The notes beneath the pieces were generated by a model. The model did no database searches. It had not been told where the DNA came from and saw only the letters and a program-made list of their open reading frames with translations. A DNA stretch of 64,000 nt from Paramoeba atlantica. Its lineage: Eukaryota; Protista; Discosea. Positions 36,791 to 48,410 of this stretch are shown here, one piece after another. The stretch covers positions 1-64,000 of the forward strand of contig CDRNVI010000155.1 of the NCBI GenBank assembly GCA_977017575.1, given 5' to 3'. Made by a program: the position numbers and the translations under genes. The first letter of the stretch is position 1. Every line of letters starts with the position of its first letter.

Positions 36791-39700
36791 ATGTTTGATC
36801 GTTGTATTTTGCTCGTTTTTTTTGTTGCCATCACGACTGCTCAAGTCGAAACCATTGAAGGCAAAGGCCCTTGTTTGGATAATCCTGTACCCGTCACGAA
36901 AAAGCCTGTTGCAAAACTTGATTATTCGGGTTGGGAAGGTAGTTTGATCAATGCCTATGTGGCCGCCATTTTGTTGCGGGAGAGTGGTGGTTTCAATGTC
37001 GAGCTAGGCACAGGACCAGGTGTTTATGACTGGTTAGGAATTGCTGAGGGAAGAAAGGATGTGAATTTGGAGGTATGGACTCACACTGAAACTGAGATTC
37101 CTCCATCAATTTGGTTTGAAAATCGATCGTTGGTTTCGGCTGGGGCGCTTGGGGTGATTGGGAGGAGTGGTTGGTATATGTCGAAGTTTGCGATTGACCA
37201 GAAGCACGATTTTGCTTCTTATCGGGGTTTTCTTGAGTTTGTATTTTTTTTTTGTTGTTGTTGAGTTTGAGTTTTGTTGTCTCTCATTCCCCTCTCTTCT
37301 CAGTTGTGCTAATGTTGCCGGGTTGGACACGAATGTGACGGAGGGGAACAAGGGACATTTCGCAGGTCTTTTTTTCCTTCCCTCTCCCTTCCTCCTCTTC
37401 CCTTTCCTTCCCCTTCCCACATCCTCATTAATTTGGCACAATACAGCCGCAAACCCGGATTGGCCCGACACCCAAACCAATGCCCAAATCATTGAGAATC
37501 TCGGTTTATGTTTGGAGATGGTGAACTACCTTTCCATCTCCGATTATCTTGATATTCTGTGGCCTGAGAAAGTAGAGGCCAGAGAACCTTTTCTGTTTTA
37601 TTACTGGGAACCCACTGCCATATTTGCTCGGTGATCTCTCTCTCTTCTTAAATTTTTTTCTTCTTGAATTCTCTCTTCTTGCTTGAATTCTCTCTTCTTG
37701 CTTGAATTCTCTCTTCTTGAATTCTCTCTTCCTGAATTCTCTCCTCTCTCCTCTCTCCTCTCTTTTCTCTTCTCTTCTCTTCTCTTCTCTTCTCTTCTCT
37801 TCTCTTCTCTTTCTTGAATTCTCTGAATCTCCCCCTCTCCCCCATCTTCACTCAGGTACAAATACATAAACACATCAAATGCTGATGACTATCGTTTGGA
37901 TCGTGTTTCTCTCCCCCGTCGCTCCCCCGATTGTTCAGAACTGGTTTTGTTTTCTCTTTCTCTCCCCTTCTCCCCTCTCATCCCCACAAAGTGTTCTCAT
38001 TCCTCTACAACGCCCGTCCACAAACTCACCACCCTTTTTCTATTGTAGTGGGACAAGGGGTTCAACTGTGATTTCGAATCAAACGTCGTCATAAAGGTCA
38101 TGTCCAACCGCCGAGATCTCGATCCTGAACTCCAACATTTTTACAAATCATTCACAATGCAAAATGAAGACCAAGAGATTTTGCTTGCTGAACTTGCTTA
38201 CACAGGTAACCTCTTCTCTTGAAATCTCTTCGTAACCTCTCTTGGAAACCTAAAGAGTTTTTGTTTTAATTTTTTATTTTCAGAAGATACAACCTTCTAC
38301 AGCTCCGCATGCAAATGGGTGCAACAAAATGAGGCAAAGTGGAAAAAATGGTTCTGGGAATGTCCCAATGATTGTTTCCAGCAAGGTAAGAAAGGAGGGC
38401 GGAAAGAGGGAAAGGGGGGATCTTTCTATATTTTGCCTCATTCTTACCTCTTCCTCCCTTCTCTTTGTTGCTCTCTTTGTTGCTCTCTTTGTTGCTCTCT
38501 TTGTTCTGTTTTATTTTTTTTTGTTGTGTTGTGGTTGTGGTGTGTATTGCATTTGTGTCATAGGGATATGTGAGAATGGAACGTGCGTCTGTTTGCAAGG
38601 CTTTGAGGGAGAATTTTGTGCGTCAAAGATTGAAAATGAGTCTCCTTTTTTTTTCTTCTTTCTTTCTCTACCTCTCTGCTCTCTTTTTCTTCCTTCTTTC
38701 TTCTTTCTTTCTTCTTTCTTTCTTCTTTCTTTCGTCTTCTTTCTTCTTCCTTTCGTCTTCCTTCTTTCCTTCTTTCTTCTCACAGTTCAATCCTAGGTTT
38801 CTGGTCTGTTCAAATGGGACAAAATTTACAGATTTCACTGGACTTGTTGTTGCTCCAGATCTCAAAGACGACCCTCTCTTTATCAAATATGAACTTGGTT
38901 TGTTTTCTCAGAATCTACCCTTCTTAGAACTCTTCCCTGACTTCTTTCCCTCAGTTTGTGATGAAATTATTGATTGTGATAACTGGGAGGATGAGGAGGG
39001 ATGTTCTCCAAGTCTTCCAGTGGGAATCATTGTTTTTGCAGTTCTGATCTCTCTAACATGCTTGTTCGTTATTGTTTCGCTGGTGGTCCTGTTAATGAAG
39101 CAGGCTCGAGGGCGTGTTCGCGCAGCTGGTATTGACTTCATAATACAGATTCATATTGGTACCTTTTGGGGGTTAACGAGGTCTATTCTCTTCCCTTTCC
39201 CCCTTTCCCTTCTTTTTCTTTTTCTATCCCTTTTAACACCACACCACAGTTGCTTCCTCTTCTTTGGAAAAGCCTCCGACGTGAAGTGTGGGATGATGCC
39301 ATGGTGGATTGCCGTCCCCTCAGGAGTTGTCATTGCCTCCCTTGTCTCCAAGCAATATAGGGTTTGGAAGTTGTTCCTACACAGAGGTTTCTTCAGTAGG
39401 GTTTCCACCCACCGATTGAAGGCCATCACGGTTATTGTCATGGCGATCGATTGTATTGTCTTGATCATTTGGAGTGCCATCGATCTCCCAGAAGAGGGTC
39501 TTCGGAAAGTGAATGGAGAGGACCATGCGGTTTGTGTTGCAGATCATTTCTTGCCCTTCTTTCTTGTCTTGATCATTTTCAAATTTGTGATCATTTTTGT
39601 GAGTGCTGTCCTTGCATGGAAATCACGAGAGGTACCCTCCGCATTCTCTGAAGCAAAACACATTGGCTTTGCGTTGTACAATGCTGTGTTCTTGATGGTC

Positions 39701-39943
39701 GTCTTCATCCCCATTATCTTGGCATTAAAGGACCACCCGTTCTTGTTGTGGGTGTTGACTGTATTGGGTCTGTGGTTGTGGTTCTTCACCATTTTTCTCC
39801 TTGTCATTGGTTTTGTTCATGTTGGGTTATTTAAGGATAGAAACAAGTCTGAGGATGACAAGAATCAGCTTCCTGTTTCTCACCTGGGTTCCTCCTCCTC
39901 CCGTTCCAAGGGAACATCATCAGTGGAGCCAATGGATGATTGA
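36791..39943 (+). CDS. Class C-like 7TM receptor with ProX/OpuAC (glycine-betaine-binding, PBP2-type) ectodomain, EGF-like and LDLa-like modules
   Basis: Signal peptide; ProX-like motifs WEGSLINAYVA, DVNLEVW, GALGVIGRSGWY and FLFYYWEP. EGF-like CPNDCFQQG|ICENGTCVCLQGFEGEFC; LDLa-like CDEIIDCDNWEDEEGC; 7tm_3 motifs KQYRVWKLF and AWKSREVPSAFSEAKHIGF. Confidence 0.8.
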
Positions 39944-40054
39944 GTGCTTTTCCCATTTCGGTCCCGTTTTTCTTTCTGTTTTATTTTCCTTTTTCTTATT
40001 TTTGCTCAAAAATAAATTATTGGGTTGAAAAAAAATAGTATGTGGTGAGACTTT

Positions 40055-40696
40055 TGCATATGATCAATGTGCACTACTTTGAAGACACTTGGCTCTCTGC
40101 TCTATTTGTTTGATCCAACTCTTGATCTCCTCCAAGTCAATTCCCAATCTCCTTCAAGTCAACCCTTGGTCTCTTCCAAGTCAACCTTCTGTGAACCCAA
40201 ATAAAGAACACCATTGATGATGTCATCAAAAAGTTTCTCACCTTTTCATGAGACTCCTGAGGACTGCTCTTCAGTTGTCCATTCAACATATTTCTGACAC
40301 ACCTTCTTTAGTCTGTACCAAAGTAGACATGTTCATTGGCAATGCTGGTTTTGATTTTTGGAACTCATGCTCACTTTTGATACTGAGATTGAACATTTGT
40401 TCTTTGAATTGAAACAACAAACAGTGCCTTGTTTTTGTGAACAAACATTCTGGTGAGGTTTTTTCCTGGAGGCCAGGTTTCCTCACAACAACTGATCTTC
40501 TATTTTCTTATCTTGTCAGGTCCATTGATGAAAGTGATGCTTTTTTGAAGATTAATCTTGATGATGATCATGCTTCTGTTATTATCATTCAAAAGAACCA
40601 ATTGATAGCTCTGATGATGATATTAGCTTTGAGGATGACCATGAAGTTAATATAGAATACAAAAACCTGACTCTATTGCACAGAAGCTCTGTGCTC
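40055..40696 (+). mobile_element. 5' LTR (40055-40335, 281 bp), PBS (40337-40347) and truncated leader of a second old-family Gypsy copy
   Basis: Reverse-complement match to 40861-41141. The LTR ends TGTTCA and is followed by TGGCAATGCTG, which is the young-element PBS TGGCGACGCCG with all three CpGs deaminated. Confidence 0.7.
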
Positions 40697-41141
40697 TGAA
40701 CATGTCTACTTTGGTACAGACTAAAGAAGGTGTGTCAGAAATATGTTGAATGGACAACTGAAGAGTGGTCCTCAGAAGTCTCATGAAAAAGCAAGAAACT
40801 TCCTGATGACATCATCAATGGTGTTCTTTATTTGGATTCACAGAAGGTTGACTTGGAGGATGAACATGTCTACTTTGGTACAGACTAAAGAAGGCATGTC
40901 AGAAATATGTTGAATGGACAACTGAAGAGTGGTCCTCAGAAGTTTCACAAAAAAGTGAGAAACTTCCTGATGACATCATCAATGGTGTTCTTTATTTAGA
41001 TTCACAGAAGGTTGACTTGGAGGAGACCAAGGGTCGACTTGAAGGAGATTGGGAATTGACTTGGAGAAGATCAAGAGTTGGATCAAACAAATAGAGCAGA
41101 GAGCCAAGTGTCTTCAGAGTAGTGCACATTGCTCATGTGCA
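40697..41141 (-). repeat. 3' LTR of the old Gypsy (40861-41141) plus a 164-bp partial tandem copy (40697-40860)
   Basis: On the minus strand the PPT GGCAGGGAGAG is followed by TGCACA...TGTTCA. 40697-40860 is a direct repeat of 40861-41024. Confidence 0.75.
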
Positions 41142-41703
41142 CTCTCCCTGCCTGAGAAGTCCTTCGTTTAGAAGAAACGGAGGTGCTCGAAGAAGAGCCC
41201 AAGGAGCTTGAAGAGCTTGAGGACTTGGAAGAGGAAGAAGACTTCTTGGTTGATTTAGAGGTTGATGGTTTGGAGGTTTTCGATGACTTCATTATGGAAT
41301 TTTTGTATGGTGCCAACGTGTCAATATTTGATTGGTTTTGTTTTAATTTAGAAGAAAAAGGGGTTCTTATTTCTAAATACGGGAGAAAAGTTTGAAAAAA
41401 AACCTTGAAATCAAAAAGACATTTGATCCTTTAAAGTGCATAAAAAATTGAATGTACGACTTTTAAAAAAGTGCTTTTTTAATTATAAACTTCAGAGAAC
41501 AATTTAATTTTGAGCAAGCAAAAAGTGGAACCTTTCTCCTTCTTTTGTGGCATCGGTTTTGTTTTTGATTTGTTGAGAGAGTGAAGATGAACGATTTGAT
41601 TTTTGAGTTTGCTCAAGATGAGAATAGTCATGTTCATTTCAAGAAGGAAGAAAAAAGTTGAAAACGAAAACGAAAAAGTGAAAACCAAGGATCAGCTGAA
41701 AAA

Positions 41704-43548
41704 GTGGAGCAGGAACAAACGATCAAAACCCTCGAAAGAGACTTGTTTTGTGTTTCTTCAACATCAGGTTTCCCCAAGAACCCAGCAAATACCTTCTCAT
41801 CTCATTTTTTCCAAGTTAAGGGGAAGATTGAGGCGATTCAAAACTTTCACAAAACTGCTCGTCATCTTGTTTATCAGGAGCTCGACACTCAAGTTCAATC
41901 GACTCTTAAAAACTTGCGATCTCAAAGTGACAGTTACTCATCTCCATTGAAAGAACGAATTCATTTATTGAATATTGAAATTGAAAACAAAAAAAAGATA
42001 TGTTCTCTTCCTGGGATGTTGTCAGAAGAAGAAAAACAGTGTGAACTACTTGCAATTGCTGAAGACGAAGAGTCAATTTCGTTTTTGAAGGACTTTCTCT
42101 TTGAATTTGAAGCTGAAAATCGATATTTTGGAAGGTATTTGGAAGAAGAGCGAAGATTTTTGGAGAGTGGACAAAATATAAGCAAAAAGGATCAATTGCC
42201 TCCAAACCCACCCCAAACCTTGAATGGACAAAAATGGTTGCTGAATATGATGAAAGCTTTTTGTGGCCACGAAACGTTTGATGGAATGAAATTCCTTGAA
42301 TTGTGGATAAATTACGTCATTTTAAAGTGAGGTTTTTTCGAAACAAAATTTGAGACTGCAATGAATATTGTTGAAACTGTTCTTGATGAATTTGCCAAAA
42401 CTCAAATTCAAAATGAATTGAAGGAAAATAAGTGGGTGCCAGAAAAAGTACGCTCTCAGATTGGGGTTGGGGGGAGGTCTCAACAGAAATGCCACGATGA
42501 ACTTAATCTCTTGCTTTTCTATCGATATTCTAACGAGAATACACAATTTCGAGAAGAGGAAAAACGGTTGGAAGGATTGAACAGTGAGTCATTGCGGGAC
42601 GAATGGAAATCAAACTTTTGTAAGTAAAAGATACCGAAGAACTCAGCTCATTTAATCTTGAGAATTGATTTAATGGCAAAGTGGTGGGCTGACTTTCAAG
42701 ATTTCTCTTCACGTTCATCCTCATCGTTGAACTCACCTTCATCTTCCTTACCCTCCTCATCTTCATCCTCTTCCTCTTCCTCTTCCTCTTCCTCTTCATC
42801 TTCTTCTTCTTCACCTTCCTCTTTCCTTTTGTTGAAATCTCGTCTGGAGGAAGAATATGAGAAAAGCTCCACAAAAGAACGATTTGAGAAGAATCACTCA
42901 TTGAAGACCAAATCATTGAAGTTGCTGGTCTTTGCATTTTCTAAATGCAAAATTCCTTTTCGATTCCGAGTTGGTGATGATGGAAATTGGAAATTGGGGC
43001 GATACACGGGCACTCAAATGCGGCAAGTATTGGAGAATGTCGAAAGAATCTTTTGTTGCAATCCAAATCGACCATCCACAACATCATTGTGGGTTACCTT
43101 TCGAGAATGTTTTCAAATGCTGACAAGTGACCCCCCAAAAGGGTCAAATCGTGAAGCAGTCACCATTAAAAATGAAAAAAAAATTGGTTCTTGGAAGGAA
43201 AGCTTCACGGATTGGGGAGGGGAGATGGGTTCCACCTGGCGAATTTATTTCCACATTCTGGAAGCTCACGCAGCGGATACGTATCGTCAGTTTGGGAATT
43301 TGCGACCTTGGGCAGCAGAAGCTGGGGAGCAGGTCCACTACTTGGATCGTATGCACTTCTATCAGAGTAGCCAACGAGGTTCTGCAAATCTGAACGCTAA
43401 AGTCCTCACAACTGGACTTTGTTTTCGATACAGCCATTCTTTAGCAAATCAATATCAAACCTCTTTGGATATCCCACAAGAAATTCGAGCAACCCAAACG
43501 AATTTAAATCAAAGAAGTGAAGTGGTGACGGACCCAAAATTGATTTGA
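41704..43548 (+). pseudogene. RAG1/Transib/Chapaev-like transposase-related ORF interrupted by two in-frame stops
   Basis: Three ORFs in one frame separated by TGA (42328) and TAA (42625). The C-terminus LGRYTGTQMRQVL...YFHILEAHAADTYRQFGNLRPWAAEAGEQVH aligns with RAG1 YFHKTLAH...GSIGAWASEGNESGN. The N-terminal catalytic Asp motifs were not clearly identified. Confidence 0.6.
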
Positions 43549-43709
43549 GCTGCTCAGGAAGACCTTTTCCTCACATGAATGTACGATCTCGAAACTGAAA
43601 TTTCTTTGAAAGAAGATGGTGATGAGAAATAAAATTTACAAGTTTTTTATCAATTTCACTTCAACCAATTTTTTTGAGGGCTTTGGTTTGTGTGTTGCTT
43701 TCCTTTTAT

Positions 43710-44708
43710 TTAGTTTTTCAGAGGGTTTGATTTTTTTTTATGATTAACAAAAGACGCACCCATCATTTTCAACCCTAAATCAAGTGGCAAACTCATGTGA
43801 AAGTAACGACAAGCACGAATGGCCATTGCAGATTCTGGTGAATTTTTCCAAAGGATTCGAAGTTCGGGGAGACCAACACCACAACCACTTTCCCCCCAAT
43901 CGAAACCCAAATATTGGCAAAATGACAAACCGAAGTTTGAAGCATCTTTGTGGAGGAGGGTTCCACGGCCTCCTCCAATCCAAATTTGTTGAGTACATTT
44001 CATTGGAAGTTGAACTCTCATATCTTTTCCTGTTTCCTTCCAAGCTGTTTGAAATTTCTCACACATCCCAATCTGTTCCGCAAAAAAGTTTGAATTCTTT
44101 TTTAATCCAGTTATCCACTTCATCAAGCGATACTCTCTTATCTCATACGCAATTAAAAGGGACAAAAGAATTTTCTTCATGTCGTCCGTTAGATGTTGAG
44201 TTTGAGCCCATTCCATTAAAGAGTTTTGAATTTCGTGAAGCCCAAGAGCTATGAGGTTCCACCCCCGAGCATTCTGCTTACATTTTGGCAGGAGGAGGTT
44301 CAAAGAGAGAAGCAAAGATTGAAGGATTGACATTTTGTAAACCTCCTCTTCTGAAGCCACCTGGGAGCAAAAAAACGTGTCATTATGACCACTCTGAGAC
44401 GAAATGTATAAATCCCCAGAAACGACATTTAAAAGGTTTTCCTCAACCAATAAATCCAAGTGCTTTAAAAACCCACCTGATTGATCTGAAAGTTGTTCCA
44501 AAATTTTGGGTCTGTCATTCAATTCTGGATAGATTCGAAGCCAACCTTTCCGATCCCATTCGTTATTTAACCCCCCTTCTGACTCATCATTGAACTGAAG
44601 GATTTTCAATCCTTTTGTCAAAAAAGCAAAATCAAAGGAGGTGAAGGCCTTTCTTTGAGCTTTGGAGGGAATCTCCTGGAAGTAACGATCCAAGTAGGAT
44701 GCATTCAA
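43710..44708 (-). CDS. TET/JBP-like 2-oxoglutarate/Fe(II) dioxygenase
   Basis: Intact intronless 332-aa ORF. DSBH signature GTLLHKDASNFG (HxD at 43944-43952) ... GCGVGLPEL ... AIRACRYFH (distal His at 43797-43799) ... GLKMMGASF, with Lys at the usual 2OG-binding Arg position. Confidence 0.65.
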   Translation of the reverse strand: MNASYLDRYFQEIPSKAQRKAFTSFDFAFLTKGLKILQFNDESEGGLNNEWDRKGWLRIYPELNDRPKILEQLSDQSGGFLKHLDLLVEENLLNVVSGDLYISSQSGHNDTFFCSQVASEEEVYKMSILQSLLLSLNLLLPKCKQNARGWNLIALGLHEIQNSLMEWAQTQHLTDDMKKILLSLLIAYEIREYRLMKWITGLKKNSNFFAEQIGMCEKFQTAWKETGKDMRVQLPMKCTQQIWIGGGRGTLLHKDASNFGLSFCQYLGFDWGESGCGVGLPELRILWKNSPESAMAIRACRYFHMSLPLDLGLKMMGASFVNHKKKSNPLKN

Positions 44709-44962
44709 CGTGCAATCATGTGATCAGGTGCAAGAGGACAGCCTCGAAAACGAACCCCACTTCCTCCAAACTCAAGAACACCATGGTTCCCTTCACTTCC
44801 CTCAATTTTTAAATCCCAAATTTTCGATTGGATGGATTTGCTTTGATAAGTTTTCCCAAGAAATGTTCAATTCTTGTAAAATCTCACGAGCGTTTTGAAA
44901 GCAGCCCATTTTTCTCAAACTCCTCAAGTTTTTTGCCTTGCCTGCCTGCCCCACAAATTGTG

Positions 44963-45310
44963 TTTGAGATATTTAGCCACCACTCCTTTCTAAAATTTTT
45001 CAACAATAAAAAAATTCAAAAAGTTCCTCAAATTGAACTTTTTGAAGTGTTGAAATAAAAAAAGAGTATTTTTGCTTCCCCACAAAAAAAAAAGTTTTTG
45101 TGGAAAAAGTTTTAAACCTTCAATAAAACTAAAAAATCCTTTTCAGAGGGAGTTTAATTCATTTGAAATATTTAGCCACCACTCCTTTTTAAAATTTTTC
45201 AACAATAAAAAAATTCAAAAAGTTCCTCAAATTGAACTTTTTGAAGTGTTGAAATGAAAAAAGAGTATTTTTGCTTCCCCACAAAAAAAAAAGTTTTTTT
45301 GTGAAAAAGA
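44963..45310. repeat. ~150-bp tandem duplication in the spacer between divergent cargo ORFs
   Basis: 44963-45110 is approximately equal to 45162-45310 (tttgaratatttagccaccactcc...cacaaaaaaaaaagttttt). Confidence 0.8.
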
Positions 45311-45366
45311 TCTTTCAACCCTTTCTTCCCTCAGTTTTCCACTTCTATTTTCTTTTCCTTTCCACA

Positions 45367-47468
45367 ATGAAGTGTTTATATTGCAATTCTGAGATTCAAA
45401 ACGGTTCAGTTCATTATTGGGGTTTCTTGATTGTTGCTCTGGTTGGTTTTCCAGTTTAATTACAAAATCGAAAATTGAAAAAAACACCAAACTCGTCGCC
45501 AATTATCTCGTTGGAGTCTCCGATATTTCCAAGGGGTTCGATTATTTCGATTGCAACACAGCATTTTGCCCAGGTTACGTCGGATACTCAAATTATTGTG
45601 GTGGTTCCTATGTGGATTTTTTGAAGCGAACGTCGTGGTTGGCACGAGTCTCCCCCGCCTTCGAAACCACAATAAAAGTGGACACAAACTCACCCCAAAT
45701 TGACCACGAGAAAAAAAAATATTTCAACCTTAGTGAACAAACAAAAAAGGAGGTTACTTTTTTTTCATCAGTTTGCTGGAAAGTCAGCTCAGGAATTGGT
45801 GAGTCTTCAACTTACCCTCAGTTCTGGATTTGGAAAGAGGTCCTTGAAGAAGGTTCCTTTTGGTATTTGGATCCCGGAAAATTACAGAATTTGCAAAGCA
45901 ACAAAACTTTCCCTCCCCTTTTGAGGCCTCTTATCTTCGACGAAAAGAAACCACTTGTCGGTCGAGTTGAAACCCTCTGTAGTCAGGGGAAACGGGGATA
46001 TTCCTGCTTGCTCCAACTCTGCTTACCCTTTCCAAATCAAGGGGACCTTTTCGTTAGAAGTAATTCTTGTGGTGAACCATGGGATCCATCAACATCACTA
46101 ACTCCGTGCCCACTTTTACTTCTAAAGGATTATTTGCTGGTTCTGAGTAAGAAAGAACTCCTTGATTCATTGCTGAATGAAGTTTTCGTTTTTATTCGAG
46201 AAGACGATTTCCCTGCAACCAACCAAGCGATTTTAGAGAAGTTGAACCCCTCCAAACCACTCAATCCAAGGGATGTTTTTGAACTCGTTCACTCAACGCC
46301 GTTGATTAAAGAAAAGATTCAATTGGACAGAGTGGATTCTCTTTTTCCAAGTTCTGATTACCTCTTCGTCAAGGCCTTGAACACTGATCGTCATCTCCCT
46401 TGGCAAAAATCAACCAACCAAAAAGCCTCAAAGGAGTTTCAGCAAGGAAAGGAAATGCCAAAGCGCAAGAGGAAGGAAAAATCAGCCCGAGAAACCTCTC
46501 CTCTTCCCTCGATGATCCCCAAGCGACCTCAGACTGCACATCCTCAAAATAATAAGAAACAAACTCCAAAACCCTCCCTGCGTCCCACACGACACAACCA
46601 TTCAGAAGATTACATTTTCGATTCCCTCCCAAATGAAAAAAAGCAAAAGAAAGCCAACACGAATAAGGAAACTGATCACTCATTACCAGCGACCTCATCT
46701 CCACGAGGTTCCCCACTTCCCCAATCACCAGAACTTCAACAATCTCCTTCACCAACTGAAACTGACCAATCCTTACAACCTGAAAAACCCGTCTCCAGTC
46801 AATTAATACTCCACTCTCCTTCAACAAAAATGAAACAATCACAATTAAACACCAATCCACTAACTTTTGAGCCAATGATTTCAAACGTACCAACACTTGA
46901 CCACATTCAACAATTCCACTCTAATTCCACTTCCTCCGATCCAATAGATCGAAACAAATCTATAATTCAACAACTGCCACTTCAGTCTTTTCAATCAAAT
47001 TCCACCCCCATTCCATTCAAAGAAGGAGCAACAAACCCCTATCTTTTTATTCAAAATCAACTACCACCAATACCTCAAGTCATTCAAATTCAATCCAACC
47101 CATTTTTTCCTCAACAAGAACCAACTTCTTATGAAACATTTTCAACTCCACAAACAATAATTCAACTCCCACTTCCTCAATCTTCTCAAACCCAACCAAA
47201 TTACAATTTCCGACCAGTTCCACGAAACCAAACTTCCTATCAAATACTTTCTATTCAATCACCCCAACAATTCCAACAAAATTTCAATCCTTCACCCAAA
47301 ATCCGATTTCAACAAAATGGCAATTCACAAATTTATGGATTGGCTCAACAACCAATGTATCAATCAACGGCGGTGGCAAACCCACAACCACTTCGAAATC
47401 CCCAACTATCAACGGTGTGTGGCAATGACACATCCTCACAAACCCAAGTATTTTTTTTTTGGATTTGA
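45367..47468 (+). CDS. Cargo protein of unknown function: Cys-containing N-terminal region and long Pro/Gln/Ser-rich tail
   Basis: 683-aa ORF. An upstream ATG at 45367 (MKCLYC...HYW) joins it through a single frameshift to GFLDCC. Possible extra exon near 47525. Confidence 0.5.
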
Positions 47469-47850
47469 ACATTTCTCTTTTTCAATTAATATTTTTTATT
47501 AATCCATTTTTTTCAAAATTCAGATGAATCAAATTCTTTTACATCAAAGGCAGATGCAGCAAGAACTTGACGAACTGAAAAAGTTAGTTTTTTCATTTAC
47601 TAATTAAATTTTTTCCCCTTTTTTTTTCAACATTTTACTAACAATGGAAATAGATCCAAAAAATAGTTTCATTTTTTTCAAGATTTTTTTGTAAAATAAA
47701 TTTAATTTTGTTTCAAAATAATTCAACAAATAATTTCCTTCAAGTGCAACGAAAGCCAGATGCATTTGTAACTTCAATGATTCCACAGCATTCAAATTGA
47801 CTTTTTTTTTTCGTAAATTTTAAAATCAACTCAGATTCACACTTGATCAT

Positions 47851-48410
47851 TCAATCTTCATCAGTTTGAATAACATCAGATTCAATCCAATGATGAAGAA
47901 CGATATTTACCTCCCCATTTAAAAAAATATTGCCGTGAGAACTTTGCGAGAGAATCTTTTTGGTTCGCCATTCAGAACGGTTCAAAAAGCAAGAATCCAG
48001 TTTTTTTAAATCGTCTTGAGAACAGATTCGAGCACATTGTCCTGATTCATCGACTTGAAACTTCACTTTTTCGAATTTTTTCAATGGTTCCCAAAAAATC
48101 TTACAGAAAATTTGTTTTGGCAACGGTAGCTGAATCCGAAAAGATCGAATTCGTTTCTTCAAGGCAAAATCAAGTCACTTTTCAAATTCAGGAAGAATCA
48201 TGGAGTTCACCCATCACTTTGTCTCATTCAAATTGAAACTCTCTTCATCAACAGGAATGGTCTCCATCAGCAGCGGCTGCTGTGTTTTTTCCACTCCTCT
48301 TTTTCGGCGTTTTCTTCGCTTCTCAACAGTTTTTTGTTTCCTCTTTTTCGTTTGTTGAATTTTCTCAGTAATGAAATCAATCTCCATGATTTCATCTAAT
48401 GAGATTGGAG
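47851..48410 (-). CDS. Small basic cargo ORF(s) just inside the right TIR, interrupted
   Basis: ORFs 48214-48540 (NLS-like KKRKQKTVEKRRKRRKR) and 47851-48162. No recognisable domain. Confidence 0.3.

Noticed and set aside
37640-37820. Short tandem arrays (also ~18160-18270, 33980-34050, 34535-34575, 38460-38505) as CRISPR-like or functional repeats
   Set aside because: They have no unique spacers and are intronic simple repeats.
655-38900. Numerous F/L/S-rich or K/R/E-rich ORFs in the six-frame track
   Set aside because: They are translations of CT/GA microsatellite-like introns and their antisense strands, not proteins.
40055-41141. Inverted plus direct repeats read as DIRS/Ngaro termini
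   Set aside because: No tyrosine recombinase is present, and the PPT, TG..CA ends and PBS explain them as Gypsy LTR copies.
42328-42627. In-frame TGA/TAA in transposase ORFs as evidence of codon reassignment or readthrough
   Set aside because: Host genes end in TGA normally (668, 14093, 39943), and the TGA fits CGA deamination. A 27-nt GTAAGT...CAG intron could remove the TAA but is much shorter than other introns here, so it is left unresolved.
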